Origin: an uncultured Gemmatimonadales bacterium
GTDB lineage: Bacteria; Gemmatimonadota; Gemmatimonadetes; Longimicrobiales; Gaopeijiaceae
Assembly: GCA_963823035.1 (NCBI GenBank)
Contig: CAWGKG010000012.1
Coordinates: forward strand, 288,001 to 352,000
Length of the DNA: 64,000 nucleotides
Direction of reading: 5' to 3'
Shown: one piece after another, positions 21,796 to 32,828 of the stretch
Layout: every line of letters begins with the position of its first letter
Numbering within the stretch: the stretch's first letter is position 1
Position numbers and translations under genes: made by a program
Notes under the pieces: generated by a model
Databases searched by the model: none
The model's input: only the letters and a program-made list of their open reading frames with translations
Told to the model about the DNA's origin: nothing

Positions 21796-21844
21796 CCGGA
21801 TCGCAGCAGTATCGGGAGCCGTTCGCGACGACTCGGCTCGGAGT

Positions 21845-23089
21845 TCAGGGTCCGAGCACGGCTGGGGACGTCACGACCACGCCGTCATTTCTTGTGTAGG
21901 TTGGAGAGTCCGGGATGACCACCAAGAGCGCCATACACCGCTCGGCGGCCTCGCCGGAAACACGGTCGCGGAGAGTGAGAAGGGCGTTGGCGGCGGAATC
22001 GACCCATCGAGCGCCGAGCTTGACTTCAACCGCGATCCAGCGTCCATCGTCACGTTCGATGATTGCGTCCGCCTCCAGCCCGGTGTTGTCTCGATAGTAC
22101 CGCACCTGGGCTCTCGACGGTGCCGCATAGACTCGAAGATCCCGGACGACGAGGGACTCGAACAGGAAGCCCATCCATTCGATCTCATCGGAGAGCAACC
22201 GGTCCGGAGTCGCTCCGAGGGCCGCCACGGCGAGCGACGGGTCCGCGAGGTGGCGCTTGGGCGTTCCGACCAGGCGCGACCTGGATCGGAGCCTTACGCT
22301 CCACGGCTCCTGATCCGCGATCAGAAACAGGCGCCGGAGCGCGCCCAGGTAGTTCTTGAGCGACGACTCAGGGATAGGATCGTCGGACAACCTGGCAATG
22401 GTCCGCAGTGACGCGTCTGACGCGACATTGCGACCGTAGGATCGAAGGAGCCGGCGCAGGGCATCCGGGTCTCGCCGGACGCCCTCGACCCGCTCGACGT
22501 CCACGTTGACGAGCACATCGATGTAATCACGATTCGCCTCGATCGCGTCCTCCACGCTTAATCCGATGTTGTCCGGCCACCCGCCCTGGCAGATCCAGTC
22601 GGCCACCTCGGTCACGGTCGCCCTCTCGGCCGCCTTCGGCGGTTCCGTCCCCTCGAGTAGGGCCCCGACGGAAACGGCTCCGTTGGCATGGCCCAACTCA
22701 AAGAGCGACATGGTTCCCATGGACGTCTGGGCGATGCGGCGAGCCCCGGAGTGAAGGCGGATGTGATCGGCCGGACTCGCCGAGCCCGTGAGGATGTACA
22801 TCCCTTTGCCACCCTCGTCATCGACACGCCCTCGCACCGCCTCGTAGATCCCTTCCACGAGTTGGTACTCGTCGATAAGACGCGGGCGCTCCCCCTCGAG
22901 GATCAGAGCCGGATCCACTTCTGCGGCGGTGCGTGCAGCCCGGTCCCGGTCCAGTCGAACCTCGGATGCGCAGAGGAGGCGCGCCGTCGTGGTCTTGCCA
23001 ACGGCCTTGGGCCCGGTGACGAGGACGGCGCCATTTCGCCGAAGCTGAGCTTCGAGCGTGGCTTCGATCACACGTGATCGATAGGACAT
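21845..23089 (-). CDS. AAA_14 ATPase with DUF4143 domain, copy 1
   Basis: GPKAVGKTT, LIDEYQ, ILTGS, GGWP, GFLFES, EADAIIE...AVEVK. Confidence 0.9.
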   Translation of the reverse strand: MSYRSRVIEATLEAQLRRNGAVLVTGPKAVGKTTTARLLCASEVRLDRDRAARTAAEVDPALILEGERPRLIDEYQLVEGIYEAVRGRVDDEGGKGMYILTGSASPADHIRLHSGARRIAQTSMGTMSLFELGHANGAVSVGALLEGTEPPKAAERATVTEVADWICQGGWPDNIGLSVEDAIEANRDYIDVLVNVDVERVEGVRRDPDALRRLLRSYGRNVASDASLRTIARLSDDPIPESSLKNYLGALRRLFLIADQEPWSVRLRSRSRLVGTPKRHLADPSLAVAALGATPDRLLSDEIEWMGFLFESLVVRDLRVYAAPSRAQVRYYRDNTGLEADAIIERDDGRWIAVEVKLGARWVDSAANALLTLRDRVSGEAAERCMALLVVIPDSPTYTRNDGVVVTSPAVLGP

Positions 23090-23293
23090 GAGCGGTGGCG
23101 AGGCCAGGACGAAGGAGATCCGGCACGACGAGCCGGAAGGCAACCCATCTGCTAGCGATGTCCGGATTCTAACGGTCGCGATGGCCACATTGCAACGCTT
23201 GCGATGACCAGGACGCATCAACTTCCCGGTCCGACCCCAAGGCGCGGAGCGGAGTTGAAGCCCTCCTCCAGGCGTCGATGGGCGAGGCGCTCG

Positions 23294-23670
23294 TGTTAGC
23301 GGCGGCTGCAAATGTCCCACTTCTGGCGGGCGAAAACGTCTCACTCGGCACCGGTAACCGGGCCCGGGCGCGCCGAGCCTTGAGGTAGGCGATCCCGGGC
23401 CGATCAGCAGATACCTTGGGCCTCGCCCAACGCCTTGGAGGAGGCCTTGATCGGATGGGAGAGCCGCGGGCTGTTCAGACAAGGCATCATCGACGCCCGG
23501 TTGGAGGCCTACCCCAAGCTCTCGTCGGTGCGGCTCCTGGAGGAGATCCGGGCCGCCAGCCACGACGGGGGCTATACCCAACTCGTGAAGTCCGTCCGGG
23601 GCGTGCCGCCCTGAACGCCGGAGGACCGGTGATCCGGTTCGAAACCGCCCCGGGGCCGCAGGTCGGAAGG
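23294..23670 (+). mobile_element. IS21-family remnant (left end plus istA fragment)
   Basis: TGTTAGCGGCGG end with repeated aaatgtcccac/aaacgtctcac motifs; IIDARLEAYPKLSSVRLLEEIRA..GGYTQL and RFETAPG resemble IstA. Confidence 0.7.
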
Positions 23671-23684
23671 TGTTGCAGGAACCG

Positions 23685-23806
23685 CTGAGCCCGACCGGAT
23701 CCGAGCAGTTGAGATATCGGGTCCCCGTTCGCGTAGCCGTAGAGATTCAGCCCCCCGGCGATGCCAATGGGGTCTTCCTGGGTGAAACGTCTCTTCGTCG
23801 ATCATA
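23685..23806 (-). pseudogene. RHS repeat-associated core fragment B, tip truncated near the IS21 remnant
   Basis: RFTQEDPIGIAGGLNLYGYANGDPI then, after a frameshift, NCSDPVGLS. Confidence 0.85.
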
Positions 23807-23894
23807 CGACGAGCAGAGACCGCCAAGGAAGCCCCTGACGGTCTCATTCTCAAGCACGAGGCCAGGAGGTGCGCCAGGTCCGGGTGGGCCAGCC

Positions 23895-24128
23895 TTACGA
23901 CAAGATGCTCACCACGGCCAGGACGAACGCAGTCCCTAAGCAAATCCGAGCCACGTTGTGGTAGCGCCGACCCTCCACTACATAGTCGCTCGGGTCGAAA
24001 CGCCTAGTGCCTCTCTCGATTCCGGCCCGCTTGGCTTCGCCCCGAGGTGACAAACGCTTCAACGAAAGGACCTGGAATATCATCCCAACAACGCCCAGGC
24101 CAATAGCGATCATCAATCCGATGTTCAC
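23895..24128 (-). CDS. Small two-TM protein, candidate RHS immunity protein
   Basis: 77 aa; GAGGAGG before the GTG; 12 bp downstream of the RHS tip; lower-GC codons. Confidence 0.55.
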   Translation of the reverse strand: MNIGLMIAIGLGVVGMIFQVLSLKRLSPRGEAKRAGIERGTRRFDPSDYVVEGRRYHNVARICLGTAFVLAVVSILS

Positions 24129-24140
24129 GAGCCCCTCCTC

Positions 24141-24530
24141 TCAAACGCGAGAGATCGACAGTCCAAGGCCAGCGACTTGCGTCTCCCATTCCACCCCTGC
24201 CTCAGTGGCGACGAGGTCATTGAAGGACCCTTCGTTGCCCCCACCTTCCACACCTATCGACCACCCGTTACCCGCCGACGGCCCACCCTTCAAGAAGACC
24301 AGAAAGTCACCGCTGCTGTTCACGGCAACCCCCGCCTCCACATTGCCGCCGTATACCCGTGCGGCTGAGGCGCTCACCGCCGTGCTCACGGTCCCGCCTT
24401 CCTTCTCGCAGGTCGGATCTTTCGGATCCGGGCCCCAAAGGGATCACTGAAGTTGATCGGATCCCCGTTCGCATACCCGTAGAGGTTGAGCCCACCCGCG
24501 ATGCCAATGGGGTCTTCCTGGGTGAAAGGA
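24141..24530 (-). pseudogene. Orphan RHS module A: core fragment plus Gly-rich C-terminal tip
   Basis: FTQEDPIGIAGGLNLYGYANGDPINFSDPFG, frameshift ~24435, then DPKDPTCEKEGGTVSTAV...GLGLSISRV*. Confidence 0.8.
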
Positions 24531-24641
24531 CCACCAGCGCCGAATCTGCCCCGGCCGGCGCGCTCAACGCCATCCGACAACACCCCCCACTCATTGCGAC
24601 GCCGAAGAGATCCACAACCTGCTTTCAGCCAGGAGGGTCTC

Positions 24642-25414
24642 ATGAAGCCGAACGAGTGGGAGGGCCTCATCCATCAACACGCCGAATGGCTACAGGCGCG
24701 GGACTACGCCACCACCACGGTGAAGTCGCGAGTGCGCCAACTCAAGCGCTTCCGAAGGTGGTGCGAGTACTTCGCTCCGCGGGAGTTGGAGGACTACTCG
24801 CTGCTCACCCTGGAGGAGTACCGCCTGCACCTTCATCGGCGGCGCAAAGCGAGTGGCGAGCCCCTGGGGTGGGGGTCCAAGGTTCAGATGCTCCTGGCCA
24901 TCCGGGGGTTCTTCAAGTGGCTCACGCTGATGAAGCGGATCCCTTCGAACCCTGCCGCGGACGTAGAACTCCAGCGGCAGCCCGTTCGGCTTCCTCGCGC
25001 GGTCTTGAGCATCGAGGAGGTGGAGCGGGTCCTGGCGCAGCCGGACCTGCGGAGGCGAGAGGGCCTTAGAGACCGCGTCATCCTGGAAACCCTCTCCTCG
25101 ACGGGCATCCGGAGAGCCGAGTGCGCGCACCTGTCCCTGAGTGACCTCGAGCTCGGTCGGGGCATCCTCCTGGTACGCAACGGCAAGGGAGGACGCGATC
25201 GCTACGTCCCCATCGGTGAGCGGGCGTCGCGCTGGATCGAACGGTATCTGCGGGAAGTTCGTCCTCTCCAGGTCCGGAGCCCGGACGACGGGCGGCTGTT
25301 CCGATCTCGACGGCGAAATCCACTGAGCCCCAAGCGTGTAGGCGACCTCACCCACCGGCACGTGGTCCGGGCCGCACTCGGCAAGGTGGGCTCCTGTCAC
25401 TTCTTCAGGCACAG
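24642..25414 (+). pseudogene. XerC/D-like tyrosine recombinase truncated by IS3
   Basis: AGGAGG RBS; SNPAADVEL, RDRVILETL..TGIRRAE, GKGGRDR, HFFRH followed directly by the IS left end; the catalytic Tyr segment is missing. Confidence 0.88.
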
Positions 25415-26515
25415 TGGAGTTGACCCGGTTTCGTGGAGACCTCACCTCTTGGGAAGAGGAGGGAGACCACGATGCCACGAACGAGACCGCCGTATCCTGA
25501 GGAGTTCCGTCGTCAGATGGTGGAGTTGGTCCGCGTCGGGCGCACGCCGGAGGAGCTGGCCAGGGAGTTCGAGCCGTCAGCGCAGACGATCCGGAACTGG
25601 GCCGTGCAGCTGGACCGGGATGAAGGGCGTCGCACGGACGGCCTGACGACGGAGGAGCGCGGGGAGCTCCGGCGTCTGCGGCGCGAGAACAAGCAGCTGC
25701 GGCTGGAGCGGGAGATCCTAAAGAGAGCCGCAGCCTGGTTCGCCCGGGAGAGCAACTCGATCCCCGATCGGGATTCGAGTTCGTGAAGGCGCATCAGGCC
25801 GAGCTCCCCGTCCAGACGATGTGCCGCGTGCTGGGCCTCTCCCCCAGCGGCTACTACGCCTGGCTGAACCGTCCGCCGTCGGAGCGGGCGAGACGGGACG
25901 CGGAGTTGGTGGTGAAGATCAAAGCCGTGTTCGACGGCAACAAGCAGGTCTACGGCCGCCCTCGGATCGCGTGGAGCCGTCGGATCGTCGGTTGGGCCAT
26001 GGCCACACACCTGCGCACCGAGCTCGTGCTCGACGCGCTGAACATGGCCATCTGGCAGCGGCAGCCGAGGCAAGTCATCCTAACACTCGGATCAGGGCAC
26101 GCAATACACCTCTATTGCCTTCGGGCTGCGCTGCAGAGAGGTAGGTGTCCGCCCCTCGATGGGCTCCGTGGGCGACACGTACGACAACGCGATGTGCGAG
26201 AGCTTCTTCGCGACGCTCGAGTGCGAGCTGCTGGATCGGCATCGCTTCACGACGCAGGCCGAAGCACGCATGGCCGTCTTCGACTTCATCGAGGGCTTCT
26301 ACAACCCACGGCGCCGGCACTCTTCGCTCGGCCAGATCTCCCCGATCAACTTCGAGCGGCTCCACGCTCGCCGGGGGGAAGCCGATGCTGCGTGACCCCC
26401 TCTGCCTCACCGGCCATCTCGCCCCGCTACCGCGGGGAAGCGTGGCTCTCCAGGGGGTGGGGGGACAGATTGAAAACCCAAGCGTTCACCTGTCCATGAA
26501 ACCGGGACAGCTCCA
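25415..26515 (+). mobile_element. IS3-family element, defective (internal orfB deletion)
   Basis: Terminal IRs TGGAGTTGACCCGGTTTCGTGGAGA / TGTCCATGAAACCGGGACAGCTCCA; orfA 25472-25786 (YPEEFRRQMV, LEREILKRA); orfB jumps from YGRPRI to AWSRRIVGW; DNAMCESFF, YNPRRRHSSLG. Confidence 0.92.
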
Positions 26516-26520
26516 CACCT

Positions 26521-27768
26521 TCATGGTCCCAGCGCTCCAATAGGAATCACAGCAACCCCGTCCGCTCGCGTATATGCGAGCCCGGTCCCGGTGATGACTC
26601 CTAGCCGCTGAGGCGGGCCACACTTCTTCGTGTCGACCCGGCTCGCGAACTGCTTGAGGCTTTCTGCTCCGCCGTCCACCGCCCCACTGCCCAGCTTGAT
26701 TTCGAACGCCGCCCACCGGCCATCCGCCGTTTCGACAACGACATCCACCTCCAACTCCGTGTTGTCTCGGTAGTGCAGGACCTCCGCGTCACACGCCTGG
26801 CCGTAGATGCGCATATCACGAACCACCAATGACTCGAACAAGAAGCCCAGGAGGTTCAGGTCCTGGAGGAGCCGCTCCGGCGTGGCTCGCAACACGGCCA
26901 CGGCCAGGGAGGGATCCACGAAGTGCCGGCGGGGGGACGTCCTGATTCGCGACCTCGACCGCAGGTGGGGTGCCCAAGCTGGCTGATCCTCCACTACCAT
27001 CAGGCGAGTAAGCGCATCGTGGTAGGCACCCACCGTGTTCTTGGCCAGGGCTTCATCAGCTCCACCCACGTCCCGCGCCAGAGTCGCCAGGCTCACCATG
27101 GTGGAGACGTTTCTTGCCAACGAGCGCATCAGGAGAAGCACCTTGGCGGGGTCGTGCGCTACCCCTCCCACACGCTGGATGTCGGTCCTGCGGAGTTCGT
27201 CGACGTAGGCGCGGATGGCTTTCAGTGCTTGGGTTACTGGCTTACCGAGGAGGCCGGGCCACCCGCCCATTGCGACCCGCTCCGCAATATCCTTGACGTT
27301 CATCTCCGTGGCGCCGGCCCGCGGTGGCTGGCCCTCCAGCACTCCAGACAGCGACACCTCTCCCGTGGCGTGCCCGCTTTCGAACAGGGACATGGGACGC
27401 ATGTGCAGCCGGGCGATGCGCCCGGCCCCGGTGTGGCGCGTTACGTCGTCCTGCGGGACCGCTGAGCCAGTCAGGATGAATTGCCCCGTCGCCCGGCGAT
27501 CATCGACCGTACGCCGTACGTAGTTCCAGAGTGCGGGCGCGAGCTGCCACTCGTCGAGGAGGCGGGGTACCGTTCCCTCCAAGACCAGAGACGGATCAAT
27601 GGCGGCGGCTTGCCGGGCGCTAGGGTCCACGTCCAAGCGAACCTCACTCGCGGCGACCTGCCGTGCGGTCTCCGTCTTGCCACAGGCCTTTGGGCCTTCG
27701 ATAACCACGGCGCCAACCGACTTCAGAAGTTCGGTTAGCTCGTGATCAACAATGCGGGGTTGATACAT
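26521..27768 (-). CDS. AAA_14 ATPase with DUF4143 domain, copy 2
   Basis: GPKACGKT, LLDEWQ, FILTGS, GGWP, GFLFES, EVDVVVE...AFEIK. Confidence 0.9.
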   Translation of the reverse strand: MYQPRIVDHELTELLKSVGAVVIEGPKACGKTETARQVAASEVRLDVDPSARQAAAIDPSLVLEGTVPRLLDEWQLAPALWNYVRRTVDDRRATGQFILTGSAVPQDDVTRHTGAGRIARLHMRPMSLFESGHATGEVSLSGVLEGQPPRAGATEMNVKDIAERVAMGGWPGLLGKPVTQALKAIRAYVDELRRTDIQRVGGVAHDPAKVLLLMRSLARNVSTMVSLATLARDVGGADEALAKNTVGAYHDALTRLMVVEDQPAWAPHLRSRSRIRTSPRRHFVDPSLAVAVLRATPERLLQDLNLLGFLFESLVVRDMRIYGQACDAEVLHYRDNTELEVDVVVETADGRWAAFEIKLGSGAVDGGAESLKQFASRVDTKKCGPPQRLGVITGTGLAYTRADGVAVIPIGALGP

Positions 27769-28220
27769 GTCAGCCTCGGGCCGGTCCTTGATACAACTGC
27801 TTGCGAATACTGCGCGTCGATTGACCCATTCGCAATGTCAGCGTTGACCCATGTGCAACCAAATCAATGTGCCATCTGCAGTCCGGCGCGCCCCTTTGGA
27901 GCCTCGGGGAGAAACCCATCTCCGGGGCACCCGTGAGGAGTCGGGCTTCAGCCTGCTGGATGGCACCGTCGGTGCACCTCCCGAAGGTGGTGGATTGACA
28001 CCCGAGCGTAGATCGCCGTAGGCGCATTGCCTCCATGGGTCGAGCCCGTTCGACTCTCCGGGAACGGCGGGCTTACGGCCCGGGAGAGTCTGTGGGGCGT
28101 TGCTGGACCTTCGAGCCCCACCCCAGGGGTCCGCCATTCACCTTCCGCCTCTCGCGGAGGTGCAACCGATAGTACTCCAGGGGTGAGCAGCGAATACACG
28201 GCCCACTACACGTGCGCCGG

Positions 28221-28987
28221 CTACCGTGTCTTCCCTCCGTCCACGGACAGCACCTGCCCCGTGATCCATCCGGCGTGGTCCGACGCGAAGAAGAGCACCG
28301 CGTGGACGATGTCGGCCGGCGTGCCGAGGCGCTTCAGTGCGATGCGGTCCACCAGCGCCGCCTGACCCTCGGGGCCGTACGACTCCCACTGCCGCTCGGT
28401 GCTCGGATTGGAGCGCACGAACCCCGGCGCCACGTTGTTCACCGTGATCCCCCACGGCCCGAGCTCGTGGGCGAGCTGGCGGGTGAGGCCGATCTGACCG
28501 GCCTTCGAGCCGAGGCGTAGGCCTGGATGCCCGTGAGGCTCACGCTCAGCCCCGCGCCTGAGGAGATGTTCACGATCCGCCCCCAACGCGCGGCCTTCAT
28601 GGCGGGGGCCACCGCCTGCGCGCACCAGAAGGCGCCTCCCATGTTCACCGCGACCACGCGGTGCCAGTCGGCCGGCGACACCTCCTCGACCGGGCGTCCG
28701 ACCTGGCCCAGCACGCCCCCGGCGTTGTTGACCAGCACGTCGATGCGTCCGGTCGCGGCCAGCGCCTCAGCCGCCCACGCGTGCACCGCGTCGCGGTTGG
28801 TCACGTCCACCACCGACACCGTGCACGCCTCGCCGACCACGTCCGCGGTCTCGGCCAGCTCCGCGGCCGCCACGTCGCACGCGAACACCCGCGCGCCCCG
28901 GGCCGCGAACGCTCCGGCCATCGCGCGACCGAAGCCGTGCGCGGCGCCCGTGACCATCACCGTGCGTCCTTCGAACGCTACGTTCAC
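28221..28987 (-). CDS. SDR family oxidoreductase (frameshift ~28510)
   Basis: TGAAHGFG, NNAGG, NISS, YxxxK split by the frameshift, ITGQVLSVDGG. Confidence 0.88.
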
Positions 28988-29688
28988 GACGTCCACCCTC
29001 CCTCGAGCATCTCGCGCGTCTCCTGCACGCCGAGAGCCCAGATCGCCAGCAGCTCCTCGTCCGGGCGCTCGTACCACCCGCCGAACGACCCGTCACCCAG
29101 CCGCTCCCGGAAGGACTCGGGCGACAGCCCCTCGCGCCCGCTCAGGTCGACCGGATCCTTGTGCCCGGTCGGCGGCGTCACCCCCGAAACACGCGTCCAG
29201 GGGAAGCCCTCCATCCAGGACGCGTGCGAGGCCGCCGGGTCGATTCCCTTCACGGCGGCCATGGTCCTGGGGGCCTTCCACCAGTCGTGCCAAAGCAGCT
29301 CGACCCCCGTGTGGCCCGCCGCCCACGCCTCGGCGGCCGGGCGTGCCACCGCGTTCCCGCCGTGGCCGTTCACGACCAGGATCCGGCGGAAGCCGTGTCG
29401 GCGCAGGCTCCCGAGGATCTCCGCGAGGACGCGCTCGTACGTGCCCGGCATGAGCGTGACCGTCCCGGGAAACGCCATGAAGTACGGCGTGAGGCCATAG
29501 GGCACGGCGGGGAAGACGGGCACGCCGAGCGGCTCGGCCGCGTCGATCGCCACCCGCTCGGACAGGATGGCGTCCACCGCGAGGCTCAGGTAGGCGTGCT
29601 GCTCCGTGCTTCCGAGGGGGAGCACGCAGCGGTCGTCGCTCTCGAGGTACTTCTCGACCTGCATCCAGGTCATATCGGCGATGCGCAT
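28984..29688 (-). CDS. Creatininase family protein, second paralog
   Basis: PLGSTEQH, NGHGGN, SHASWME. Confidence 0.88.
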   Translation of the reverse strand: MRIADMTWMQVEKYLESDDRCVLPLGSTEQHAYLSLAVDAILSERVAIDAAEPLGVPVFPAVPYGLTPYFMAFPGTVTLMPGTYERVLAEILGSLRRHGFRRILVVNGHGGNAVARPAAEAWAAGHTGVELLWHDWWKAPRTMAAVKGIDPAASHASWMEGFPWTRVSGVTPPTGHKDPVDLSGREGLSPESFRERLGDGSFGGWYERPDEELLAIWALGVQETREMLEGGWTS

Positions 29689-29725
29689 GGGCGCGGCTCT
29701 CTTTCCGTGGCGTTGGTGTCGTCGT

Positions 29726-30823
29726 TCAGACATCCGCGAGCGCGGCGAGCGCCGCCTTCGCGATCTTCTCCTGCGCCGTGGGCAGCGCCGTCTCGCCGCG
29801 GCGCTCCAGCGGAATCCACCGGCGATTCTCGTCGTCGCTCCCTTCTCCCGCCAGCAGCACGGGGCGGTAGCGGGCGTCGAGGTGCGTGAAGCGATGGCGC
29901 ACTTCGGGGAGGGGCCGGGCCGTCGGCGCATCGGTCAGCGCCGCCTCGGCCGCGCGCGCCGCGACGCGCGCGGCCTGGTCCACCGTGGTCCCGGCGGCGA
30001 CCTCGCGCTCCGGGAACGACCACATCCCCCCGAGCAGCCCACCCTCCGGTCGCCGCACCAGCAGCGCCCGCCCGTCCCCGTCGACGACGACGGCCGTCGC
30101 GAACGTCGCGGTCGGCACCTTTCTGCGCTTCGCCCGCGCCGGGCGCTCCTCCTGCGTGCCGGCCCGGCGGGCGGCGCAGGGACGCTCGAGCGGGCACTCC
30201 GTGCAGGCGGGCGCACGCGGCGTGCACACGGTCGCGCCCAGCTCCATGAGCGCCTGGTTCCAATCACCCGGGCGCTTCGGGTGCACCAGGGCCGCCGCGA
30301 CCTCGCGGAGCCAGCCGGCGGTGGGGCGCGCGCGATCGAACAGCCGCGCGAGCACCCGCCGGACGTTGCCGTCCACGGCCGGCACGGCTTCGCCGAAAGC
30401 GATGCTGCCAATCGCGCCCGCAGTGTATTCGCCGACGCCGGGCAGGGCTCGAAGGGCCTCGTAGGAGGCGGGAAGACGGCCCTCGTGCCGCTCCCGCACC
30501 ACGCGGGCTCCCTCGTGCAGGCGGGCCGCCCTCCGGTAGTAGCCGAGACCCTGCCAGGCGAGGAGCACCTCGTCGCGCGAGGCCGCGGCCAGCGCCTCGA
30601 CGTTCGGGAACAGCTCGATCCAGCGCCTGTAGTACGGGATTACCGTGTCCACCCGGGTCTGCTGGAGCATCACCTCCGAGACCCAGATGCGATACGGATC
30701 GGTCTCACCACGCCAGGGCAGATCACGGCGGTCCCGGTCGTAGTGACCGAGCAGTTTCTCGCGCAGGGTCTCCACGGCGCCGGGGAGTACGGCAGGCGGG
30801 TCCGGTGCTCCGGGTCGACTCAT
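29726..30823 (-). CDS. mutY: A/G-specific adenine glycosylase
   Basis: WVSEVMLQQT, WQGLGYY, LPGVGEYTAGA, VDGNV, C-x6-C-x2-C-x5-C, HRFTH. Confidence 0.95.
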   Translation of the reverse strand: MSRPGAPDPPAVLPGAVETLREKLLGHYDRDRRDLPWRGETDPYRIWVSEVMLQQTRVDTVIPYYRRWIELFPNVEALAAASRDEVLLAWQGLGYYRRAARLHEGARVVRERHEGRLPASYEALRALPGVGEYTAGAIGSIAFGEAVPAVDGNVRRVLARLFDRARPTAGWLREVAAALVHPKRPGDWNQALMELGATVCTPRAPACTECPLERPCAARRAGTQEERPARAKRRKVPTATFATAVVVDGDGRALLVRRPEGGLLGGMWSFPEREVAAGTTVDQAARVAARAAEAALTDAPTARPLPEVRHRFTHLDARYRPVLLAGEGSDDENRRWIPLERRGETALPTAQEKIAKAALAALADV

Positions 30824-30860
30824 GGCGCCAAGGTATCCCGCGAAACTGGGGTTTCGCTCC

Positions 30861-32149
<1,289 letters not shown>

Positions 32150-32153
<4 letters not shown>

Positions 32154-32828
32154 CCCCTGGCTCCCGCGCGGCCGTGCTGGCCGCGTTCCTGGCGGTCGGT
32201 TGTACCGCGGGCGATCGGGCGCCGCCGCCCGACGACGACCCCCTCCTGCCCGGCGGCTACATCGCCGTCGGTCGACACGGAGGGCGGCGACCCCGGGCAC
32301 TTCCTGCTCGAGCGGGACAAGGACCTCATCCACATCACGACGGGACCCGCCGGCATCGCGTGGCGTCCGGGCGACGTCACGCAGAGGGGCGACTTCCTCG
32401 CCGAAGCCACCTTCACCGCCTACGGTGCTCCGCCCGGCTACCACGAAGCCTATGGCATCTTCGTGGGCGGCGACGACCTCGAGGGCCCCGACCGCCGCTA
32501 CACCTACCTCCTGGTGCGACCCACCGGCGAGTTCCAGGTGCGTCGGCGCGCCGGCGGCGCGGTGGACACGCTGGTGGATTGGACGCAGCACTCCGCCGTG
32601 CAGCGCGTGACCGAGCACGGTGACGAGCCCGTGAACATCCTCGGGATCCTCACCGTGGGCGACGAGGTGCGCTTCCTCGTGAACGGCACCGTCGTCCATC
32701 GGATGCCCGTGGCCCAGGCGAACCCCTACGGCATCGCGGGGCTGCGCGTCAACCATCGGCTCGACGTGCGCGTCGCGTCCTGGTACCTGGGGGCTCCACC
32801 CCTGGCGACCCCGCCCGCCGGACGCTGA
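32150..32828 (+). CDS. Hypothetical lipoprotein, beta-rich (frameshifted)
   Basis: TTG overlaps the vWA stop; LAVGC lipobox; YTYLLVRPTGEF, FLVNG. Confidence 0.55.

Noticed and set aside
23167..23301. Possible integron attC (CTAAC...GTTAG)
   Set aside because: Poor core consensus and no extended complementarity. The GTTAG belongs to the IS21-like end, and the recombinase shows no sign of the IntI-specific insertion.
21727..24527. CRISPR-like repeats
   Set aside because: Only 2-3 copies, 0.7-2 kb apart, and they encode the RHS core peptide; no cas genes.
21000..28230. tRNA or att direct repeats bounding the island
   Set aside because: I found none by eye; the boundaries rest on composition and gene content only.
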